Source of the DNA: Trichoplax adhaerens
Lineage: Eukaryota; Animalia; Placozoa
Reading direction: 5' to 3'
DNA length: 64,000 bases
NCBI RefSeq assembly: GCF_000150275.1
Contig: NW_002060975.1
Coordinates: forward strand, 338,130 to 402,129
In this document: positions 26,624 through 37,214 of the stretch, piece by piece
How positions within the stretch are numbered: the first letter of the stretch is position 1
How the letters are laid out: each line of letters starts with the position of its first letter
The notes under the pieces: generated by a model
Seen by the model: only the letters and a program-made list of their open reading frames with translations
Databases searched by the model: none
What the model was told of the DNA's origin: nothing
Made by a program: the position numbers and the translations under genes

Positions 26624-29600
26624 CTATTCGTAGTCTCTATCTCTTTCGCGACGACGATGTCTGTCCCTATCGCGATCCCTATTTCTTTCTCGGTCACGAT
26701 CTACCGGGACATCTCTATCTTCTTCTCTTGCATTTTTAAGATGGGTCGGCGATCGTGAACTGCAATTACAAGAAGTATCATCTTATAAGTAAAGAAGTCT
26801 TATAGTATTTTATGCTGCATGAGTATAGCAAACAATATTCCGGAAAAGGATTATTATATAGTAGGTCTCAAATTTTTAAAGCCAATTAAAAACAATTCGA
26901 AGGCTATATCAATTATACCTGGTGATATGTCTATGGCCATACAATTTTTTTCTAAAACATCAGAAATTGCATTAGATTGTGCCAAAACTTACGTTCAAAA
27001 ATATATTAGTACGTACTGTATATATAGAATGTTGACGATTGCAGATCGTATTTACCTTAAACTACGCGATATCGGCTTTAAATGCATAAAATTACAGAAT
27101 CCCCCACGAGTACATTCCCTACGAAAATGTAACAACAAAAAAATGGATACTATATTATGCTCGGCAGATTTTTGGATCGACGGCATTTACATCATGTAAC
27201 GCAAATGACAATTTACCCCATCTCATATTGTCTACAACAGGCTTCCCTGAAAGATTAAACATGTATCATCTCGGTGAGAATGAATCAAATATAAAATCAC
27301 TCAGTGAACAATAATACCTGAAATCCGTTACTGGTGATAGCTCAGCAAAGATAGGATTACCTGGTAGATATATGCACATAAATCACGAACATTTACTGCT
27401 TATGCAATTAAATTAAAATTGTTGCTATTTCAAATTTAGTGAATTAAAGAAACCCACCATTGAACCATCGATTGTTCAAACTATTGACAGCTGCGCTCGC
27501 ATGTTCTTCAGATCGAAACTATAAAAAAGTTTAGAAGAGGTCTTGAGGCGACATCACAATGCTACAATCAGTTTCAATCAAGTAGATACAGTACTCTAGA
27601 AAGACCTACCTTAACGTATACATTTCCAACAAGATGGTCTCCAAGATTGTCACAGACGTTCATTTCTTCGATTTCTCCATACTAAATATCGTATTTAAAT
27701 CAAATTACAAGCGAATTTTAGATCTTAATTCCGGATGTCAGACAAAGGGTTAAATCATAGCTGCATAATACTGTCGTAACAGATAAGTTTGCTATCTGAA
27801 CGTAACGTAATGCAACAACAAGTATTTTACTCTGACCTTTTCTTCCAGTTCGACGAAAATATCCTAAACATTTTGAAGGCAAGGAGATAGAACTTGTTTA
27901 TTTCCATCACGACATAGTAAACATTGTTAACGTCTTTACTCACCTCATAATAATGATCGAAATGCTTTTGAGCATCTTCATCTGACATATTCGACTCTGT
28001 TAAAGGAACATATAAAATAATCAGTGCTAAACATTTGACTAATCGCACGAGCTGGTAATTGTAATCGGTCAACAGTGCCATAGGACAGTCCGCCTTGTGA
28101 AATCGCAACAGACTTAATGAATAATAATTCCAGAAATGGATTGCATGTTTACAACTATAAGGCGTCATTGGATACGAAGAATACAAATATAGTTCACGAA
28201 TTTGTAGTTGATAGAAGCCGACGAAAGATAAGCAGAGATCTATAGTGCTCTTGGTATAATACAATAAACTAGAAATAAATAATCTGCAGTCAAGGAAGTA
28301 ATATCTGTCTCAAATGTTTACCGTCAACTGTGCTAATATGAGTTTCAAATGCATAATAATACCTTAACAATTTTCTCTACTGGATTAATCTAAAGATTAA
28401 AACTCTTGAAAATGAATTACTCAAACGTAAAGCGTGTATTTGGCATAATGAAAGGTAATACAATTACCGCACTAAATTACCTGATCATGTAATCTTGTAT
28501 AATTAATATACAGTATCTTGCTTATTAGACAAACAGTAACCGTTCGCTATTAACTTAACAACGTCAAATGTGGTGATATCACTGAGTGTGCAAGTACCAT
28601 TAACCTATCAATGATACTAATTTACGAATTATTTCATAAACTATAATGTAAAAATTCGTTAACAATTTATGAAATTGCAATCCTATTTCATAACAAGCGA
28701 TGCTGCATCTGATAAGAGTATAAATCATGAAGGCAAAAATAAGACTGCAACACGTTCAATAAGGCGAAACCACGTTTTTCTTACGTGCTTTGCGTGTTTT
28801 AGGAAAGTTAGCTACAACCCTCAAAGTTAAATTTTATTAGTATATATAGATTATATATTGATTCGATTCTTAGTTACTATTATAACAATCACGCAAATAA
28901 TCGTCTTTAGCTTCGTCTAAACATGTATAAGCTGTAAAATAAGCAGGTTTAAGTGATGGGTAGCTAAAGAAAGAACAAGGGAAGTTAGTGTCGAAATTGA
29001 CATCAAATATGCGTATAGTTACACTCTGGCAGTACGGCAGATTGCATTCTTAGTCTAAATATAATTTCACTTTGACCCATAGCTTTCGAGCGTAATATGA
29101 AGAAAAATAGTAATAGAACCTAGAGAAAGATATTTTGGACTTTCCCCTATCTGTTATAGGACATATAGCAAAATTATTGAAATTTTAATGTTTACAGAAT
29201 CCAAGTGTGTACAAAAATAACGCGAAATAACGTATTTATGATACTGATGTAGACGATTTCGAACGTAACGATATCACGATATATCAAGCATAGCAAAGAG
29301 GGTCGTCTATTACCCACAAGTGATGGTAGACTTACTGTACGAGCCATCCGCTAACTGAACGGTATGTTGTGGATTTTGAAAGATATTTTGCATAACAATT
29401 GTCTAAAATCAATTGAGAAAAGGCATTACAAATAGGAAGGAAAGATATTAACGATAAGCTACAATGGTTACATGTTATTACTGTAGCACAGCCTGTACGC
29501 TGCAATGGCAACTTTATATCACGAATTTTAATTTTTGATGCATTAACTATATACCTTAATACGTGCTACATCACCGTATAGAGTAAATACAATTTGAATT

Positions 29601-31470
29601 GGCTAAATAGCAACTACTTCAATAAGTTGCTTAAATTTAACTTTAATTTATAATGTTGATATCGTAAAATAGTATTACAAACGAACTATAATTTTTAAGC
29701 GTAGGAGTGTTCTGCCTTCACTCTCGCGAAGGTAAGTATAAATAAACGATACACTTTGGTACTATCGCAAGATGGCTAATTTCAACTGGATTAGCTAATA
29801 GTAAGACGAGCACATATTTCTAAGATAAATTTAACCGAGTTCATCATTACAGCATAATACAGTATTAAGTTTGATAGATGATAAAACAGATACTGAAAGT
29901 TATATTTTTTACCTGACTAAACGTAGGTTTATTATGAAGTCTTGAGCATCTTTCTCCGTGGCGACAGGCACCAATTTTAAAATAGAACGAGCAATTTACT
30001 CTAAAATAAAGTGAAAAAGCATAAGATGGATAGTACCATTTTAAGTTAAGACATACGAGTACAGAAAAATACTGTATTTTACTATAAGCATTATCTCGTA
30101 CTTGCAATGCATCTATCATCACAACTGTTTGATGCCTACTAAACTATCAAGTGTATACTGCATCGCCTGGGTGTAAAAATAATACTGCAGTAAATCTACT
30201 ACTGTAGGTATGACATATATAGTGTAGACGATTAAAGATGAAATTTGAAACCACTATACTGTCAATACTATATAAGCTTAACTAGTAAACTGGCTTCGAA
30301 CTCTGCTTACTAATGTACACTATCTTCATTTCAAGGATCATTAGCTTATCTAAATCCTAATTTACATTACTGTACATGGTATTGTGTTAGAATAGCGAAG
30401 CAGCTAATCAACAGTTGCTCAGGCAAGAGGATACACGGATGAAATTCTGGAATAAGATAATGGATCCGCTTGGAATGCGTACGCTCACGCTTACGCTTAT
30501 GCTAAATTTTAGAATATTTCAGCTGAGACCCTAAGATTAAGTACGCTTGCATAGCCGTATATCTATCTATTCGTCTCTAATTCATTGATATGATATAAAT
30601 CGCATGTACGATCATTCAGATGATACATTTTGAGCCTACCAATTTCACAAATGTTTTAGTGTGTACGTGTACAGTATATATATATATAGACGCGTGTAAT
30701 TGATCGTATACGTGTACAACTATTAGCGAAAAGGAGCGAAAAGAAGTAAGATGTGGAGACAGTAAGAAATTACTTTTGCTACTTATTCCGTCAAGTTACA
30801 CCATTTCTTGATGATGCCAGTTTAACAATCTATTGTCTCCTATCAAGACGAATCGACTGTCTAAATTACACCTACACGACTTCTCAAAAGTTCGCTGGCC
30901 ATTTGAGTACTGTACAGAGTACAACTGTACATGCTGAGAAGCTTTCTCATCACTACCTGCCCGATCTTCATTATTACTCAAGCATCTACATCAGAATGAG
31001 TTTCACTGTGATCGTCCTTTAACGTGGTTTGTATAGCAATCCGCTGACACTACTGCCTGTGTTTATTAGACTCGAAAAAATAGTATCCTCGATGAATGTG
31101 ATTGATGACTGCTGTTGGGAGTCAATTACGCTATCTTCATCGTTTAACTTTGAAAGCTTGGAAGTGATACAGAATCAATTGTCAATTTCCACTTTATACC
31201 AGTGATATCTACTTTCGAAGGCCAATGTATTCATAGTAAAACTTCACAACAACGCAAAATTAAGGATTTTAAAATGGTCAAGGAAATTTCTCAACTATGT
31301 CCTGTACGAATCTCCTCTACCATTCCGATGGTATTGGGAGTCAAATTTAGCCCATCAGATTGTATTTAAATGCCATTTTCTTGAATTTACGCCTACTATT
31401 TTCCCTCTATCTATACATCTGCTTACTTGTCCTTTTCTGTGCCAAAGATGGAAGCTAAATACTCCGCCAT
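26624..31470 (-). CDS. U2AF1: Splicing factor U2AF small subunit (U2AF35), 12 exons: 31470-31427, 30000-29913, 29402-29336, 27996-27944, 27863-27837, 27681-27610, 27518-27458, 27360-27318, 27246-27217, 27118-27056, 26951-26919, 26759-26624
   Basis: Spliced translation [45 protein letters not shown]...[25 protein letters not shown]...[36 protein letters not shown]. All introns are GT-AG, and the first coding exons (44/88/67 nt) match vertebrate U2AF1. Confidence 0.97.
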
Positions 31471-32123
31471 GTCTTTGAAAGTTCAGTGAATCAGCAAAGG
31501 CTTTCAAAACTGTCTATGAAAAACGGCACGATGACGATTCACACACCATCTACGCGACCCGTCGCGTTGGAGAAGATCGAAAAGCAGCGGTAAAGTGACA
31601 ATCTTTACAGCTTTTTGTACTGAAATGCTATACCATGACTGTTACTGGACTCCACTGTTACCACTACTGTACTGAACAGTAGAAAGTAAAGTGAAAGATA
31701 CTGCTTTGGTACAGTACACTGTACACTGTACACTGTATTCGCTGACATGGCTGAGTCTAGACCTGAGAAAGGTTCGGTTCAATACCTTTATGGTCTCTAT
31801 GGCTGACTCATAACTGTGAAAAATTGGACTCCAAATCCAATACTGTTAAGTCACTGCACTACCGTACAGTGTACAGTACTTACAGTACAGTACTGTGCAC
31901 TGTAGACTATTGTAGTCATCGCGATTGTACTGTACTGTACTGTTTGCGCATGATTAACATACTGTACTGTACACTGAGTACAGTAGTAATGGTGTACACT
32001 CACAGTACTGTACTGTACTGTACACTATCATTGAGCGAGCGACTGCAGTAAAAGTACGTCACTACTTGGATGAGTTCAGAAAACTGGACGAGTGATCCGC
32101 GGTGAAGGAATTCAAAACTAATC
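31471..32123. promoter_or_regulatory. Putative bidirectional promoter between U2AF35 and PEN-2
   Basis: 653 bp between divergent ATGs (31470 on -, 32124 on +), packed with tacagt/actgta words (~31665-32030). Confidence 0.7.
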
Positions 32124-33946
32124 ATGAATCTGGAAAAAACTACTGATGAAGAAAAAGTCAACGTCTGTAGACTATATACCAATCCGTTTTCGTTAAAGTT
32201 TAAAATGCTATAGGTTCAAGCATTAACTGTGTTGCTGTCTTGCATCATCGATGGTAGTATGCTGTCGGAGTAAATAAGAATACTACGGTAGTTAGGATTC
32301 GTTGATAACCGGTACACAAGATGAATTTCGTGATTATACAATAGAATTATTATATATTGTAAAAGCCAATCTTTGGACACTGTTTGTAAAAGTGCATTAA
32401 CAAGTGTAGGGTATAGTTAGATATACTATTACTGTAAGGTAAGGTAGTGTATAGAATTCCAGACGGATGCGTTATCCAATGGTACAGTAGTTGCGAAAGA
32501 TGTTATGCACTTCGGCCACTATATGATTATGTTATACAGTATGTTGTATGTAATTATTAACTGTTCAATGACGTACTTTGTGTTTACGTTTGAAGCTGTG
32601 CAAGTGATGATATATTGTAGACATATACGTTAAAGCTTAAAGGGAAGCTTTTTAGTCTACGCTTAGCGATCAGTATGGCAGTAACGACAGTACTGGAATT
32701 AAATTCTCGATTTACGTAGATGATGATTACACTAGATTTTATCAAAATTGATCTTGCAGATAAGTTGCATCATACGCGTACGTAGGCAAACCGTAAACGT
32801 AAGTAGTACTTACTGTGCAGTAAGGATGTACTTACGGTACTCTAATGTATGGTGTACTTTACATTATATGTGTCAGTAGTTTACTGGACGTAATCATCTA
32901 CTGTATACAGTACGCGTATACTATATAGATGTACAGTTACTTAGAAGATTAATGGCAACTACTTGCAATGTTGTGCAGCAGTTTCGGATGTAAGAATCGA
33001 CTTTTAGGAATGTAATCCCTTTCCAAAGTCGGGTGAAACGTAGTTAAATACTGTTATTAGTCTAGTATGAGTTGACTGGGCACATAAAAATGTCTCTTAC
33101 AACGCTAAACTTTTCCATGGAATATACGTAGTATGGTATTTCATCCTCTGGCTGCAACGAAGAACGTTACTATAACTACATATGCACAGAGTGTAACATA
33201 GGCTAAAATTCAACTGAGTTTTAGTTTACATTATTGAACGCCTTTGCTGCTAAAGTATACATAAATTAATTGCTCTATTTTGGCAATCACTTCTTTACTT
33301 CGAGTCACTGGAAGAATTAATATATGAGTTTTCCTACGCATACTTAAGAATAAAAGAACAGATACCATAGTCATTCATCTAGATAATGATTATACTTTGA
33401 TCGCTATTTTTCATAAATTGTGATAATGCCTTGCTCATGTTGTCAAGAATCAATAACGATTTGAATGACTTATCTTCACTTTTTGTCTACATTGTTTTCT
33501 GCCTTCTTGTTCTTGTTATCGTGATTACATTATAGGGTTGGATTCTTGTTTCTACCATTTGCATGGGTAATTAATATTGTATGGTTTTATAAATATGCTT
33601 TTACAACACCACCTTTCCAAGGCCAAGCCGAAATTAAAAAGTGTAAGCTGACTACAACAAAACCGGCATATTTCTAAATAGCTTTGCTTCATAGTTAACG
33701 CAATAAATTTGAATCCTACTGCTACTGAGTCTGCACTTAAGGGACATTCTAGTTTATTGAAACTTAATAAATCATAGACTATAATTTAATTTAATTATTA
33801 TATTTACAGATGTTATTAGGTCAGCTATCGGAACTATCATCTTTCTGATAGCGTTCATCATTTGGAATGTTGAATTTCAGCGAAATCGTCAAAGTTGGGG
33901 AGCGATTGGAGATACCTTATCTTTTGTCATACCGAAAGGAGCGTAA
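32124..33946 (+). CDS. PSENEN: Gamma-secretase subunit PEN-2; exons 32124-~32185 (donor uncertain), 33536-33642, 33810-33946
   Basis: MNLEKTTDEEKVNVCRLY.. / VGFLFLPFAWVINIVWFYKYAFTTPPFQGQAEIKK / YVIRSAIGTIIFLIAFIIWNVEFQRNRQSWGAIGDTLSFVIPKGA* aligns end to end with human PEN-2 (MNLERVSNEEKLNLCRKYY..GFAFLPFLWLVNIFWF..YVWRSAVG..WGALGDYLSFTIPLG). Not captured by the ORF track. Confidence 0.93.
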
Positions 33947-35094
33947 TCCCAATGGGTTAATTTATAATTTTTCCTACTTAATACAGCAATTGATTGAGTT
34001 ACCAAAATCGAATTCTCATTATTTACGCATATCTATGCTAGCGATTTGCTGCAACCTTATTTGTTAATGTCGTATCAACTACGTTACAGTATATAGTACA
34101 TGCAGCGATCAAGGTATATTTCATTATTGCTGACTTAAAAATGATGGTCTGTTTGCCTACAATAACGATATAACAACGATAGAGCTGTAAAAAAATTGAC
34201 GAATTTTAATCGTTCCATTTACTGAACGTACTAGTCTCTCTTTTCGACCACAAAGACTATGCATGATGTTATGTTAAAATTGTTCTGCGTTGTTTCTAAT
34301 TTTATTGTACATAAATTATCCATGTATCGTTTATCAATAACTTGATGTATATGATCCGAATACAAAAGAGTGAATATTAAAAATTGAGCAAGCGTTGAAA
34401 ATGACATCGTTAATGATTAATGTGATTGATTAATATGGCGTAAATAGTTCCTTTCATTTTATGAATTCATTAGCGTTCGTTGATCATTCCTTCATAGCAG
34501 ATGTAAGGTATGACAAATGCATTCGTTGTAGTCCTGTCATCACTAAAAAAAAATGATATACAATACTTTAACATTCTTTTGAAGGAAGGAAAAAATTCAC
34601 TTCAAGTTCCGAGGATATACTCGTACATAGCTAATCAATCAATCAATCAATATCCAGCTTACTACACGTGTGTCATCTGCACTGCAAATGACTGCCGTTC
34701 TAGTGGTGTTGTACAATTAGTTTCAATATTATATTATCTACTGTAGTATTCATATTTTGCACACTTGAGAGCGTATGCATTGTGCAACCAATTTACTGTA
34801 TATGTGATAAGTTGGAGTGGTTAACCATTGACCGATGTCATTAATGTTGTGCTTGTCCGTATTTTTTTTGAATGATCAACTTAGTACAGTTATATTGTAT
34901 ACTTTCTACAGTATGTATACATTACACTAGCACCAACACCTACAGTCCACATGATACCGACTGTACAATGTACATGATGTACATTGCACAGTATCCAAGT
35001 GCTAAAGCAGAGACTTGTGAAGAGGAAACCGATTTCCTCTTCAAGGTCCTTACAAATAAGCAAGGTCAAGCTTGTAGCCCGTACTTGATCTACC

Positions 35095-35570
35095 GTGGTG
35101 TACAGTGTACAGTACAGTAGAGTAGTACAGGGCTGTATTGTACACTGTACACTGTACAGTACAGTACTGTACTGTACAGTACGCTGAGTATCTGAGTAAT
35201 CGGGGTTATTATGGCTGGGCCTACTGTACAGTCAGCACTCAGCAGTACTACCGTATGTTGCACAGTGCATACTGAGCACTAGTGAGCAGTCTACAGTACA
35301 GTACTGAACATGGCGTTTGAGCGTCTGATCTTGGATTGAACAAAACACTATACCGCTTTGTATGGTACACAAGCACAGTACTGTATGCAGTTGGCAAAGG
35401 CTTTACTGTAGACTGTAGAGTATGTACTGTAAAAGCAAAATGAAACAGTGTTGCTGTGTTTCGTATCGCCTCAGCCCACAATGCAGTGCAAACTGTACAG
35501 TACACTGTACTGTACAGTAATGGATACCAGTACAGCAGCACAGTACAGTTTGCTGTGCGAGTACAGTATA
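35095..35570. promoter_or_regulatory. TACAGT/ACTGTA motif cluster, probable RhoGEF promoter
   Basis: For example tgtacactgtacactgtacagtacagtactgtactgtacagtac (~35139-35182), followed by a candidate non-coding exon ending at a GTAAGT donor (35874). Confidence 0.4.
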
Positions 35571-36644
35571 TTCAAAGTGAGGACGGTAAACTAAAGGTCA
35601 TTTATGAAGTTCGCTTATCCTTCGCATCACCGTTACAACTTGGCAGTCGTGTAGTCGTGTACAATATTGCAGCCCTTCCCTTGACTTGATTCTTCTGCCT
35701 TCACTAAATCATCAACAACGAAGGAGATAAAGCCAACTTGGATCATTCACTGTGTATAGTTTACTGAATTCCCGACAAATTGAAGAGCACTTATGTCGAT
35801 TTAGTTGAACGATACGGACTGGATTGACAGTACCTCATTGGGCCTTGTGCGTATATCAACAAAACTGCGATATGTAAGTATCATGCAATCAATCATTTCC
35901 TAATTTTGTTTGCAGTATTGTGCTGTACTTGAATGATCGCGTCGAAAATTCACTATGGATGGATATTCTCGTATTTGCCAAATCGATACGATCTTGTATC
36001 ATTGATAGACAGCGCTAGCACTGTACTACTACACCTACCTTGACCGTTCTTCATCCTTGCTGACCGCCGGCCTAAATGTTGACTGCATCATCATGCTCGA
36101 TGTGATGACGTTACTTACTGTATCTAGTAATCTAGTATGATCGATATTGCTAAGATAGTCAAAACTAGTCATGATCTCGTCGACCGAGTTGTAGGCTATG
36201 GTTAACGATAATTAATTTAGCAAATACTTGAACGTGCATCAATGTGTCCAGTGTATGGTGACAGTGCCTATTTTAGCATGCCACAATGTAGTACTTGTTG
36301 TACAGTAGACTAAAAGTGTTGCCTACTGTGCTGGATACTGCTCTACACGTACAGTACTGTATAGTACAGTCTACAGTACGTGATTGTGTTTTAGCACAAC
36401 ATCAACGGTATACTGTACACTATAATATCGCACCGGTGACGAGATTCGCTGTACTTTATATGTACACAGTATGAACGATCTTATATATATACAGTAGTAT
36501 GATATTTACTGGACACTTCCACAGTTTGCATACTGAATCCCTGCACTAATGACATTGCAACATCAACAATTGCTGTTCAACAGATCCGATCATCAATTGA
36601 TAGTATTCCGTTATCGGCTGAATAAAAGCTAAATATATTGGAGT

Positions 36645-37214
36645 CATCCGTGAACAAGTCTTATGTAGGCAACATTTCACGATCATTTCCCTATACAGCG
36701 GCGTAAAAATAAGCCATGTTTGAATATTACTAGAACCCGTACAGTAGGCTGTATGCTAATCGATGCTAAGCTACTTATGCATACAGAACGACTCCTAAAA
36801 ACGACCACTGTCGTAAATTAGAAACTTTTCCATCATCCGTGAACAAGTCTTATGTAGGCAACATTTCACGATCATCTCCCTTTTCAGCGGTGTAAAAATA
36901 AGCCATGTTTGAATATTACTGGAACCCGTACAGTAGACTGTATGCTAATCGATGCTAAGCTACTTATGCATACAGAACGACTCCTAAAAACGACCACTGT
37001 CGTAAATTAGAAACTTTTCCATCATCCGTGAACAAGTCTTATGTAGGCAACATTTCACGATCATCTCCCTTTTCAGCGGTGTAAAAATAAGCCATGTTTG
37101 AATATTACTGGAACCCGTACAGTAGACTGTATGCTAATCGATGCTAAGCTACTTATGCATACAGAACGACTCCTAAAAACGACCACTGTCGTAAATTAAA
37201 AACTTTTCCATCAT
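36645..37214. repeat. Tandem repeat, 3 x 189 bp, near-identical
   Basis: catccgtgaacaagtcttatgtaggc starts at 36645, 36834 and 37023. Confidence 0.95.

Noticed and set aside
30796-30981. ORF or box C motif (GTGATGA) in U2AF35 intron 1
   Set aside because: No D box or terminal stem, and the peptide is unrecognisable.
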